A stretch of DNA of 64,000 nt. Source: Elusimicrobiota bacterium. Lineage in GTDB: Bacteria; Elusimicrobiota; Elusimicrobia; UBA1565; UBA9628. Both the position numbers and the translations under genes were made by a program. Below are positions 25,575 through 34,145 of the stretch, piece by piece; the first letter of the stretch is position 1; every line of letters begins with the position of its first letter. Under the pieces are notes generated by a model. That model was not told the origin of the DNA and did not search any database. It saw only the letters and a program-made list of their open reading frames with translations. The stretch is taken from the NCBI GenBank assembly GCA_031423795.1, contig JANPGH010000123.1, forward strand, positions 14,206 through 78,205. Direction: 5' to 3'.

Positions 25575-26780
25575 TCAGGTAATTTCGCGCATTTCGAACT
25601 GCATCGTTGTCGCACCACAGTCTATCAAGTCTCCTTCCTTGAGGAGAACCGAACCGGAAATCTTGGAGCCATTGACCAGAGGATATTTGTCGGTCACCGC
25701 CACTAAAACGAACCCCTCGGTTTTCCGATGAATGGACGCGGCCACTTCCGGGGCCGAACCGAAAAGACCCGCCCCCTTTATTGGAATTTGAACCCTATCG
25801 GATTTTCCGATATAAGTGGACGTTCCACGAAGTTCATACTCGCTGGCGCCGATGACGCCTTTGAGGATCCGTAACCAGGCCTGCCGGCGCTCCGTGGCCA
25901 CGGCCTTCGGCGGCAACGCACCGCTGTCGTTCTTCGATTCGGTCTCTTGCGACAAGGCGAGATCGACCACTTCGGCCTTTACGTTCGGTAGCGAGCTTTC
26001 GGGTTTGGCCACGAGGGGATCAAAGGCGTCGAGCTTATCCACCGCGGGCTCGGCTTTGGGTGCCATTGGTTCGGGTTTTAGAGCCGCCGGTTCTGGTTTG
26101 TCGACGGCGGGCTGTGGCTCCGGATCGATCTCGAGATTGGATTTGGGCGGAAACGTCGCCGGCTTCGCCGACGACTCCGTTACGGGTTCGAATTTCGGCA
26201 ATGCTCCCGACGCGGAACCCGACTTCGGCACGCTCGCCGAAGGGAATTCCATCTTCGGCAGATTGGCGGCCGGGAACTCCATTTTCGAGGAGGCTTTGGG
26301 CAGATTTTCCGCCGGCAGGATCGTACCGGGAAGGGGCGGTGGGGACGCCTTGGGGACGCCCGCCGGAGGCACTGCCTTTGGCGTCAGAACGACCGGCGAT
26401 TGCGTCTTGGGGCCTGGCAGCGGCGGATCTGCTTTCGGCTTGACCTGGCCCGGGGCGTCGGTCGGAGAAATCGGCAAAGGCATCGTCGGCGGCTCGGCTT
26501 CGATGAAAACCAGCGTGTGTTTGGCCACGCTGATGATGTCGTGATGACGCAACCCCGCCTTCTTGACTCTCTTGTCGTTGACGAAAGTTCCATTCGTCGA
26601 TTCCAAATCTTCGACGAAGACGGACCCGTTCTGTACGGTGATCCTGCAATGGTGCCCCGAAACAGCGGGATTTTCGATCACCAGATCATTGTCGGGCTTG
26701 CGCCCGACCGACAGCGTGCTCTTGGAAAGCGGAATTTCCTTGATTACCGCTGCGTTGAACTTAAGAAGAAGCTTCTGCAT
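25575..26780 (-). CDS. FHA-domain protein (N-terminal FHA, Pro-rich linker, C-terminal FHA-like domain)
   Basis: LSVGRKPDNDLVIENPAVSGHHCRITVQNGSVFVEDLESTNGTFVND is a canonical FHA domain. The C-terminal YIGKSDRVQIPI...ASIHRK...PLVNGSKI is FHA-like. Confidence 0.8.
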   Translation of the reverse strand: MQKLLLKFNAAVIKEIPLSKSTLSVGRKPDNDLVIENPAVSGHHCRITVQNGSVFVEDLESTNGTFVNDKRVKKAGLRHHDIISVAKHTLVFIEAEPPTMPLPISPTDAPGQVKPKADPPLPGPKTQSPVVLTPKAVPPAGVPKASPPPLPGTILPAENLPKASSKMEFPAANLPKMEFPSASVPKSGSASGALPKFEPVTESSAKPATFPPKSNLEIDPEPQPAVDKPEPAALKPEPMAPKAEPAVDKLDAFDPLVAKPESSLPNVKAEVVDLALSQETESKNDSGALPPKAVATERRQAWLRILKGVIGASEYELRGTSTYIGKSDRVQIPIKGAGLFGSAPEVAASIHRKTEGFVLVAVTDKYPLVNGSKISGSVLLKEGDLIDCGATTMQFEMREIT

Positions 26781-26799
26781 CGATCATTCTCCCTCATTG

Positions 26800-27615
26800 T
26801 CAGCGCTTGAATAGGCGCGAGACAAATCCTCTCACACGTCCTTCCCTACGACCCGACAAGCCCGCGGCCACGACTGTGACGTTGTCCACGCCTCCGGCTG
26901 CACGCGTTTTCAAAATCAGAGCCTCCACAATGAGCTGCGGCTCCCGCAGCGCCGAAATTGTGCGCGAAATCTCTTGGTCCGACACCATTTTCGACAGACC
27001 ATCCGTGGCGACGAGAACGATGTCGCCCGGCAACAACTGATGATCGGTCACGTCCACTTGGACGACCCCTTCGCTGCCCAGCGCGCGCGTAAGGATGTTC
27101 TGCAGGTTAGAACGAGAAGCGTCTTCCATGCTGATCTGGCCGCGGCGGACCTGCTCGCCGACCAAGGAATGGTCCTGCGTCAATTGTGAGAGCTCCTCCT
27201 GGCGATGCAAATAAAGTCGGCTGTCGCCGACATGGGCGACCGTCACCGAACTTGAGTCTATGATCGCCGCAACCACCGTCGTTCCCATGCCCGAATCTTT
27301 CGGGAAAGCCTGGCCTTTACGGAAAATCACCTCATTGGCCGACTGGACGCAAAATTCGAGTTGACGCCCACGCGGACTCAACCCCGGGCTGCCTCCCCGA
27401 GGAAGGAAAGGCGGATTGCTTGCGTTTATCTTGCGCGCGAATTCGACGATCGTTTTGGTCGCGATATCGCTGGCCACCTCACCCGAATTATGGCCCCCCA
27501 TACCGTCAGCGACGACGATCAAACCCAATCGGGCGTCGACGGCGAAATTGTCCTCGTTATTCTTGCGCACACATCCTGGATCTGTAGCGCCCGTGATCAC
27601 CAAAGTGTCCCTCAT
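26800..27615 (-). CDS. PP2C-family Ser/Thr phosphatase
   Basis: TDPGCVRKNNEDNF...VADGMGGHNSGEVAS...VATDGLSKMVSD...GGVDNVTVV. Confidence 0.85.
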   Translation of the reverse strand: MRDTLVITGATDPGCVRKNNEDNFAVDARLGLIVVADGMGGHNSGEVASDIATKTIVEFARKINASNPPFLPRGGSPGLSPRGRQLEFCVQSANEVIFRKGQAFPKDSGMGTTVVAAIIDSSSVTVAHVGDSRLYLHRQEELSQLTQDHSLVGEQVRRGQISMEDASRSNLQNILTRALGSEGVVQVDVTDHQLLPGDIVLVATDGLSKMVSDQEISRTISALREPQLIVEALILKTRAAGGVDNVTVVAAGLSGRREGRVRGFVSRLFKR

Positions 27616-30419
27616 TGGGGCTCCGTCGGCGGCGGGGTGAGCCGCACGGTTTGATCCGGACCGGTGCTCGTCGGAGTTTTGGGCATCGGCGTGGGCATCG
27701 ACTGATATTTCGACAGCTCGCGACCCGCCGCTCGGAGGATGGCGTCGAGCTCTGGCAAATCGCCGGAGGGAAACTCGCCCGCTTTCGAGGCGAACGCGGG
27801 CGGAGTCATTATCGGCGCCATGCGCATGGTCTCCTCTTCAAAGACCGGCGAGGTGATCGGACTCGTTGTCCGGTTGATATCGGCCTTCGGGGCGCTGATG
27901 ACCACAACGCTCGATGTGAGCGCGGTACGAAGTGCTGCCGCCATCTCTGACCCCCGCTGGAAACGATCATCGGGGTTTTTCTGAAGCCCGCGCTCAACGA
28001 CCCCCTTCAGAGCGGCGGGAATGGCCGGATTGATAACACGGATGTCGGGAGTCGGGTCGTTGGCAATCTGGAATAGAAGAGTTCCAATGCCGTCGCCGCC
28101 CTTGAACGGCTTTTCCCCGGTCAAAAGTTCGAAGAGCGCGACCGTCAACGAAAATAAATCGGAACGACCATCGACTTTGCGCCCTGCAACCTGTTCGGGG
28201 CTCATGTAGGAGGGCGTGCCCATCACGGTTCCTGTAGCGGTGTTCGACGAGGCGGTGATGCGGGCAATCCCGAAATCGGCCACCCGCACCGAGCCGTCCT
28301 TGATCAGCATAATATTCGCGGGCTTAATGTCGCGGTGCACGATTCCCTGTTTGTGGGCGTAGTCGAGGGCATCGGCGACGGTGGAGATATATTCAACGAC
28401 CTTGCCCATCGGCAAGAGCGTGTCCTTGGACGTGTTCTTCGTCAAATCCTGGCCATCGAGCAATTCCATCGCGATATACGCGACGTCATTTTCCTCTCCG
28501 GCGTCGAAAATCCGCACGATGTTCGGATGATTGAGCGTTCCGGCCGACTCGGCTTCGCGAAAAAACCGTTCTTTGATCTCCTTGACCGACCCGACGTTGG
28601 AATCCCCCTCCAACATCAAAGTTTTGATCGCGACCATCCGATTAATGTTCGGATCACGTCCGAGATACACGACTCCCATCGCACCGCGGCCCAATTCTTT
28701 TTCAATCTCGTACCGCCCTAACGTGGGCTGAGTCACACCGTCGGTCAGCAGTAGCGTGCTCTTCTTTTTGACTTCGCCGATGGTCCCGAATACGGCCCCG
28801 TCGGCCGCCGCCTTGAGCATGGTTATCTTCGCTGTGATGTCTCGGTAATTTGGATCCTCGGTGGCGATGTGCTCCAGAACGGACGCCGCCTTGGCGAGCT
28901 GGCGTTTGCGTTCAAAATCGAGGGCCAAATTATACAGCGCTTCTTTCAAATTCTGGTCGAGCGGGCATAAGCGGAATTTATCGAAGGCAAGATCAAACAT
29001 CCCCTGGCCTTGAAAGGACAAGCCCAACATCTTGTTCGTTTCAATAGCGGACGTTTCGGCTAGCTCCTTGCCCTTTTCCGTCACCAGGATTTTTTTAGAG
29101 ATGGCGAAGACAAATCCAGCCAACAGCAGCGCAAGCGGATGCCCGATCTTGACCCATTCGCCGGAAACGAAGAAGAAAGTTCCCGCGGACGCAATTGCGA
29201 CAGCGATCATCGTCGAAAGAACCACGCCCCAAAAAGCACGCAAGCGCGGAAGGCCCAATATCACGAAAAGACCGACGGCTACTATTGTGGCGACCTCCAC
29301 AAGGCGTGCCCACAGCGGACGCGTGACAAAACGTTGGTGTATGAAGTTCTCGACGGCATGGGCCATAATTTCGACAGACGAAACTTCGCCGGCCATCGGC
29401 GTCGAAAAATTGGACTGCGTTCTTGACGCGGTCAGGCCCAGCAGCACGATCTTATCCTTGAAAAAATCTGGCGCGATCGACGCGGTCAAAAGCTGTTGAT
29501 AGGGAATGCGCTTAATCACCTGCGCGCTTGGTGGACCGAGGAAGGTCACGGAAGTGAGTCCATCTTCGTCGAGCGGAACGTGAAGCTTCCCCGCCTGCAA
29601 CCCCGCTCCCGGCGTGAAATGAAGGTCCTCTGGGGTCAGTCCGAAATAACTCATCGCGACGCGCAAAGCAAACGACGGGATCAAGGACTTATCGTATTGG
29701 TACAGCGGTGCGGCTCGACGTACGACGCCATCGGATTCCGGAAGCAAATTCGCGTGGCCGATCCCGCCAGCCGCAGCCGCAAACGACTCGATCGGAGCGA
29801 TGATTTTTTCGGCCATCGGCAGCGATTCTTCGCGAATCGGAACTGCAATGGCGCAGCGCGCAATCTCTGGGGACAAAGCGGGCGATTTAGCTCCGGTCGG
29901 GTTTGCCACGAACAAAAGCGGCATTATGACGTTTCCCGCAGCCGAGACGGACGCCAGCAACCGGGCGTCCGAATCAAGCGCCGATGACACATCCGAGAAT
30001 TCCTTGGAAAAGTCCACTCCGCGCTGGACTAGTTCGCGCTTGACCAGCAATTGCTTGTAACGACCTTCGAGCTGCCGGATTTGATTCAAGCCCTGATTTT
30101 CTTCAGGCTCCGAGAAAAGAATGTTCAGCCCGATGACCCGCGGCTTATCCTGCGCGATGCGGTCCACCGCGTCGGCAATCGCAGACCGCGGCCACGGCCA
30201 GCGGCCTTTTTGGGCGATCGCGTCGTCATCGATGGCGACGATGACGATTTCCTCAGGAGATTTTAACGTTTCCATTAACTTCGAACGCAGGTCGTATGCC
30301 TTGAATTCGACGGCCTCAAGCAACGGCCCCGCGAACACTCCAAAATAGGAGCCCAAGACGAAAAGGGTGAGCGCCGAACCGATGCCCACGTCAAGAGCAA
30401 GAGATTTATTGGCGTTCAT
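27612..30419 (-). CDS. CHASE2 sensor domain / transmembrane / Ser-Thr protein kinase
   Basis: The N-terminal ~380 aa fit a CHASE2 pattern (KAYDLRSKL...IVIVAIDDDAIAQKGRWPWPRS...), followed by TM helices. Kinase core: LGRGAMGVVYLGRD...VAIKTL...HRDIKPANIML...DFGIAR...GTPSYMSPE. ATGA overlap with the PP2C gene. Confidence 0.8.
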   Translation of the reverse strand: MNANKSLALDVGIGSALTLFVLGSYFGVFAGPLLEAVEFKAYDLRSKLMETLKSPEEIVIVAIDDDAIAQKGRWPWPRSAIADAVDRIAQDKPRVIGLNILFSEPEENQGLNQIRQLEGRYKQLLVKRELVQRGVDFSKEFSDVSSALDSDARLLASVSAAGNVIMPLLFVANPTGAKSPALSPEIARCAIAVPIREESLPMAEKIIAPIESFAAAAGGIGHANLLPESDGVVRRAAPLYQYDKSLIPSFALRVAMSYFGLTPEDLHFTPGAGLQAGKLHVPLDEDGLTSVTFLGPPSAQVIKRIPYQQLLTASIAPDFFKDKIVLLGLTASRTQSNFSTPMAGEVSSVEIMAHAVENFIHQRFVTRPLWARLVEVATIVAVGLFVILGLPRLRAFWGVVLSTMIAVAIASAGTFFFVSGEWVKIGHPLALLLAGFVFAISKKILVTEKGKELAETSAIETNKMLGLSFQGQGMFDLAFDKFRLCPLDQNLKEALYNLALDFERKRQLAKAASVLEHIATEDPNYRDITAKITMLKAAADGAVFGTIGEVKKKSTLLLTDGVTQPTLGRYEIEKELGRGAMGVVYLGRDPNINRMVAIKTLMLEGDSNVGSVKEIKERFFREAESAGTLNHPNIVRIFDAGEENDVAYIAMELLDGQDLTKNTSKDTLLPMGKVVEYISTVADALDYAHKQGIVHRDIKPANIMLIKDGSVRVADFGIARITASSNTATGTVMGTPSYMSPEQVAGRKVDGRSDLFSLTVALFELLTGEKPFKGGDGIGTLLFQIANDPTPDIRVINPAIPAALKGVVERGLQKNPDDRFQRGSEMAAALRTALTSSVVVISAPKADINRTTSPITSPVFEEETMRMAPIMTPPAFASKAGEFPSGDLPELDAILRAAGRELSKYQSMPTPMPKTPTSTGPDQTVRLTPPPTEPQ

Positions 30420-30536
30420 TAATAGTGCCGGTGAGATTGCCCCTTTGTAATATTTCTCAATTCGGGCTCAGTGTAGCGGACGACCGGCAACGTGTCAACC
30501 CCGAATTAACACGAAATTAACGTGCTTAACCAAGTT

Positions 30537-31130
30537 TTAACGCGACTGGTCGCGGCCTAGGAGTTTCCACCCCAACGGGAGCAGGCCTGCGGAAAGACCC
30601 GCCTTGATGAGGTCTCCGGGAATAAAAGGCCATAAACCCGCCGTGAGTAACTTATCAGAGGGAAGGAATCGGGAAAGGCCCAAGATCCCCAGTCCGAATA
30701 TCGGCACACTACCGGCAAGCATCATATAAAACGCCCGTATGGGCGTGCGATCCCAGCCGTGTTCCGCCAGGAGCCCGACGACATACGCCCCCACGGGGAA
30801 TCCCGCGAGATATCCGCCCGTGGGACCGACCAAATGCAGCGCTCCTGCTGCTCCGCCGGCGAATACCGGCATTCCCGCCGCTCCCTCAAGAAGATAGAGC
30901 AGCACCGACGCCGCCCCACGCTGAGCGCCGAGCAGCGCTCCCGCGTATAACACGCCCAAGGTGGCACCCGAAATCGGAACCGGGGTGAACGGCAGCTTGA
31001 TTTGAACCTGCGCGCACACGGCGATGAACAGGCTTGACACAACGACGGATAAAGCGTCGGCCAACGCACCCGACGGCAAAAACGAGTCGGCAAGCACTGG
31101 AGCCGGCGAGGACAAGGTTTTCATTTTCAT
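30537..31130 (-). CDS. bioY: biotin transporter BioY
   Basis: VQIKLPFTPVPISGATLGVLYAGALLGAQRGAASVLLYLLEGAAGMPVFAGG... is typical of BioY. Confidence 0.8.
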   Translation of the reverse strand: MKMKTLSSPAPVLADSFLPSGALADALSVVVSSLFIAVCAQVQIKLPFTPVPISGATLGVLYAGALLGAQRGAASVLLYLLEGAAGMPVFAGGAAGALHLVGPTGGYLAGFPVGAYVVGLLAEHGWDRTPIRAFYMMLAGSVPIFGLGILGLSRFLPSDKLLTAGLWPFIPGDLIKAGLSAGLLPLGWKLLGRDQSR

Positions 31131-31157
31131 GTCTCCTGGAAATCCAGCTTACTAAAT

Positions 31158-31186
31158 TTGACGCGACTCCTCGGAAAAGCGACAAT
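31158..31186 (+). promoter_or_regulatory. promoter TTGACG-17-GACAAT, leaderless GTG start
   Basis: -35 at 31158-63, -10 at 31181-86. The in-frame GTG at 31193 lies 6 nt downstream. Confidence 0.35.
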
Positions 31187-31192
31187 CACAGT

Positions 31193-31429
31193 GTGGAACC
31201 CACCGATCCCGTCAAGCTCGCAGAATACCTGGATCGCCTAAGCGCGGGCCTGGAACAGACCGCCGAAAATCTGAAGTTCGAGATCCCCTACTACAAACCC
31301 GACGACATCCAGGGCCACTACGCGAAAAAATATCTCACTTCGGTCGAAGAACATCTCGCGCAGACGAAAGCCCGCCTCGAAGACATCCGCAAATCCCTTC
31401 CCCCCGCGCCCAAACCCGAAGGCCACTGA
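31193..31429 (+). CDS. small hypothetical protein (78 aa)
   Basis: This is the C-terminal part of track ORF 31034..31429 (VEPTDPVKLAEYLDRLSAGLEQTAENLKFEIPYYKPDDIQGHYAKKYLTSVEEHLAQTKARLEDIRKSL...), with coding-like composition. The upstream part of the track ORF overlaps bioY in antisense. Confidence 0.4.
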   Translation: MEPTDPVKLAEYLDRLSAGLEQTAENLKFEIPYYKPDDIQGHYAKKYLTSVEEHLAQTKARLEDIRKSLPPAPKPEGH

Positions 31430-31436
31430 AAAAACT

Positions 31437-31508
31437 TGGGCCGTGAGGGGATCGAACCCCCGACCTTTCCCGTGTAAGGGGATCGCTCTACCGCTGAGCT
31501 AACGGCCC
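31437..31508 (-). tRNA. tRNA-Val (anticodon TAC)
   Basis: The reverse complement GGGCCGTTAGCTCAGCGGTAGAGCGATCCCCTTACACGGGAAAGGTCGGGGGTTCGATCCCCTCACGGCCCA folds as a cloverleaf. Anticodon loop is CTTACAC. Confidence 0.9.
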
Positions 31509-31517
31509 ATCCTCTGG

Positions 31518-31526
31518 AGTTTATCA
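31518..31526 (-). promoter_or_regulatory. extended -10 (TGATAAACT) for tRNA-Val
   Basis: The minus strand reads TGATAAACT, ending 9 nt before the tRNA 5' end. Confidence 0.4.
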
Positions 31527-31581
31527 GGTTTCGCTCCCAGGCGCGAGTCCCGCCGAGAATTAGGCCCCGACGATGTTGATG

Positions 31582-31590
31582 TGATATAAT
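31582..31590 (+). promoter_or_regulatory. extended -10 (TGATATAAT) for tRNA-Asp
   Basis: gTGaTATAAT ends 9 nt before the tRNA 5' end. Same 9-mer as at 5586. Confidence 0.45.
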
Positions 31591-31599
31591 GGCCGCGCT

Positions 31600-31677
31600 G
31601 GGGTCATGGTGTAGCTGGCCTAACACGCTGCCCTGTCAAGGCAGAGATCGCGGGTTCGAATCCCGTTGACCCCGCCA
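31600..31677 (+). tRNA. tRNA-Asp (anticodon GTC), CCA encoded
   Basis: GGGGTCATGGTGTAGCTGGCCTAACACGCTGCCCTGTCAAGGCAGAGATCGCGGGTTCGAATCCCGTTGACCCCGCCA. Anticodon loop is CTGTCAA. Confidence 0.9.
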
Positions 31678-33381
31678 GTTTAGCCTCAAATTAACCACCG
31701 CTGTTCCCTTGACAGGCTGCGGATGGGTTGAAGTATCGGTCGCATTTGCCTCCCGCCGTCTTAATGTCTCATGGGGGCCAAATGCGACCGCTTTTTTTCC
31801 TCCAAGGGCTCGCTGGAAATCGGAGATGGCGATTTCGTGCGTCTTCACGTCGATCCCATCCTTGCGGACCATCACTTCCCGAATCAGCAGCCCGATAATC
31901 TGGACTTGAAGCGATAGGGGAATCCTGTTGAAGAATCGCGCGAAGCGCTGCAACGCTCCCTGCACGACGTCAACGTCGTAGACCACGCGCTTCCTGAAGG
32001 CCAGCTGCGCCTCCAATTGGACCGAGTGGGCCTCGAGCGTTCTCTTCGTCTCTTCCAATCGGCCGACTTCCTCGGCGGCATTACGCGACGCCCCGCCCTG
32101 CTTGGCCAGATTTAACAGTCCCTGGATTTCCCGCTGAACGCCCTGGAGGCGGTCATCAACCTCACGCTTCTCCTTTTCGAGCGGCCGGATCGAGGCCTTA
32201 GAAAGAACATCGGCCTTCTGCGTCACCCTCTCCAAGAACGCCCGGTCCCAGCCGACCGCCGCCAATTTCTCGACCAGGTATTCCTCGACTTTGTCCGCGT
32301 TCACGCTCCCAAACGAGCACCGCGCCGAGATGCCGTTCCGTTGGGCCAGACACTTGTAATATCGGTACGTCTTGCCCTTCTTGATCCGAGCGTAACCGGC
32401 CACCACGCCGCCGCACACGCCGCACCGGATCAGGCCTTTGAGGAGAAAGCCATGCCTGTTCGCGGCGTAGTGAATCTCCCCGCCCCGGTGGTTGTGGCCG
32501 GCGAGCAATTTCTGGACGCGCTCGAAGACGTCGGGTGCCACGATAGCCTGATGCTGGCCGGGGAACTCCTTGCGGGTCCGCTCGTTGGTGATAAGCCCGA
32601 TGTAGAGCTTGCGCCGTAGCGTTCGCCCCACGGCGTCCATGTCCCAGGGCTTGCCACCATAAAGTTTGCCGATCAAAGTCTTGTAGGTCTTGCGGCGGTA
32701 GCCCAGGCGGTTGAGCTCCTCGGCCACGCGGATCGAGGACTCATGTTCGAGGTAGAGGGTGAAGATGCGCCGAACGAGATCGGCCTCGCTCTCGTTGACC
32801 ACCAGCAGCTTGTCCCTGATGTCGTAGCCAAGCGGCGGCAGCCCCGCGCACCATAGCCCTTTGCCGGCGCGGGCGAGATGAAAATCCTTGGACCTCTCCA
32901 CGTCCATCTCCCGGTCGTACTGGGCGAACTGGACCATGATCGCCGTCATAAGCCGGCCCTGCGGGCTCTTCGTGTCGATCGACTCCGTGGCCGAGATGAA
33001 GGCGACGTTGCGTTTCTCGAACAACTCCAGCAGATAGTGGAAATCCTTGCTGTTGCGAGTAAGCCTATCCAGCTTGTAGACGATGACGCCCTGGACCTTG
33101 CCCTCCTCGATGGCCTTGAGAAGCCGCTTGATGGCGGGGCGCTTGAGATTCTTTCCCGACTCGGCCGGATCATCGAAAGCCTCGGGGTACTCCTGCCACC
33201 CCTTCTCCCGCTGGATCGCTATGTAGCTGCGGGCGCAGGTCTTCTGGTTATCAAGCGAGGTGACGGCACCGTTGAGATTTTCGTCGTTGCTTTTCCTCGT
33301 GTAGATCGCGATCTGGACAGGGCGCGCTCCGACGGCCGCCGCCTCGCCGCCCATCACTCCCACCCCCTCATTGTTCGCCAT
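31636..33381 (-). CDS. large serine recombinase/integrase
   Basis: Resolvase catalytic N-terminus (VQIAIYTRKSNDE...YKLDRLTRN), recombinase domain, zinc ribbon (CGVCGG...YYKC) and C-terminal coiled coil. The last 14 codons (..WRGQRDSNPRSLP) are the reverse complement of tRNA-Asp. Confidence 0.85.
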   Translation of the reverse strand: MANNEGVGVMGGEAAAVGARPVQIAIYTRKSNDENLNGAVTSLDNQKTCARSYIAIQREKGWQEYPEAFDDPAESGKNLKRPAIKRLLKAIEEGKVQGVIVYKLDRLTRNSKDFHYLLELFEKRNVAFISATESIDTKSPQGRLMTAIMVQFAQYDREMDVERSKDFHLARAGKGLWCAGLPPLGYDIRDKLLVVNESEADLVRRIFTLYLEHESSIRVAEELNRLGYRRKTYKTLIGKLYGGKPWDMDAVGRTLRRKLYIGLITNERTRKEFPGQHQAIVAPDVFERVQKLLAGHNHRGGEIHYAANRHGFLLKGLIRCGVCGGVVAGYARIKKGKTYRYYKCLAQRNGISARCSFGSVNADKVEEYLVEKLAAVGWDRAFLERVTQKADVLSKASIRPLEKEKREVDDRLQGVQREIQGLLNLAKQGGASRNAAEEVGRLEETKRTLEAHSVQLEAQLAFRKRVVYDVDVVQGALQRFARFFNRIPLSLQVQIIGLLIREVMVRKDGIDVKTHEIAISDFQRALGGKKAVAFGPHETLRRREANATDTSTHPQPVKGTAVVNLRLNWRGQRDSNPRSLP

Positions 33382-33399
33382 AGACCGCGCCTCCCGCCA

Positions 33400-33576
33400 T
33401 CATGAATTACCTTCGTTCCCGCTTGGAATCAAGGCCTTTCTTCCCGGTTCTCCGACGAAAGATTCAGGCCCCAACTCTCCCGATTCGGCCAAGGCGACGA
33501 GCCCCTCAGCAAATAGATCGGCCAAAGCGTCCAGCCGATCCGCAGGCGTCGTCTGCCTCGGCGGTTCAAAATGCAT
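33400..33576 (-). CDS. small acidic hypothetical protein (58 aa)
   Basis: MHFEPPRQTTPADRLDALADLFAEGLVALAESGELGPE... Its ATG overlaps the upstream stop (TGATG). It lies 18 nt upstream of the recombinase start, which has a GGGAGG Shine-Dalgarno sequence. Confidence 0.35.
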   Translation of the reverse strand: MHFEPPRQTTPADRLDALADLFAEGLVALAESGELGPESFVGEPGRKALIPSGNEGNS

Positions 33577-33689
33577 CAGTCGTCCCATCCCAGCCGCCGC
33601 CCGCATGCTTCGCACAGGACCGAGGCCAAGGCGTCGGCCCGCTCCTCGGGGATCATCTGATCATCGGGATACCAACGCTGCGGCTTCAT
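33576..33689 (-). CDS. very small hypothetical protein (37 aa)
   Basis: MKPQRWYPDDQMIPEERADALASVLCEACGRRLGWDD. ATGA overlap with the upstream gene and a GGAGGG Shine-Dalgarno sequence. Below the track length cut-off. Confidence 0.3.
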   Translation of the reverse strand: MKPQRWYPDDQMIPEERADALASVLCEACGRRLGWDD

Positions 33690-34132
33690 GACCCACCCTC
33701 CTTCCTGCTGAGAAGGATGGAAATCACCTGGCCCGGATAGTGGAAGCTGGGCCAGGCGGCCACGTCGGCCTTAAGCCCGTGCCGCTCGCAGAACGCGACC
33801 AGCTTGCGCATCGTCTCCCACTCGAGACCGTAAGGCTGCGTGACGTACATGGCCGGCTTGCCGTTTTGAAGCCACAGCGTGTCATGATCTCCCGAGGGAG
33901 GGACGCAATCTTTCAAGTTGCATTGTCTGCCCCATAGCCGCTGCACACACAGCCTGCCATCCGACTGCTTGAATCCCTTGCCCGCGAACGCTTGGTAGTG
34001 GTTCTCGGCCACGGCCTCGGCATAAACCGAGCTCACCGCATCCATCCCTTGCGCCTCGAGCAGTTCCCGCAGCGCCCTCAAAGCCCGCAGGTATTGCTCC
34101 GTCCTTTTCTCGCCACTCGCAAACTGTCTCAT
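33686..34132 (-). CDS. hypothetical protein (148 aa)
   Basis: The start was moved to ATG 34132, preceded by AGGAGGAGGAG, just after the terL stop at 34146. No recognisable family. Confidence 0.5.
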   Translation of the reverse strand: MRQFASGEKRTEQYLRALRALRELLEAQGMDAVSSVYAEAVAENHYQAFAGKGFKQSDGRLCVQRLWGRQCNLKDCVPPSGDHDTLWLQNGKPAMYVTQPYGLEWETMRKLVAFCERHGLKADVAAWPSFHYPGQVISILLSRKEGGS

Positions 34133-34145
34133 AACGCTCCTCCTC

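Noticed and set aside
25816-26649. Alternative-frame ORFs within the FHA gene (25816..26544 + and 26035..26649 -).
   Set aside because: They arise from the low-complexity Pro/Ala/Lys-coding linker. The annotated frame carries two FHA-type domains at its ends.
31034-31192. The upstream part of track ORF 31034..31429.
   Set aside because: It overlaps bioY on the opposite strand and is Arg/Thr/Lys-rich junk. A promoter and an in-frame GTG at 31193 give a more plausible 78-aa product.
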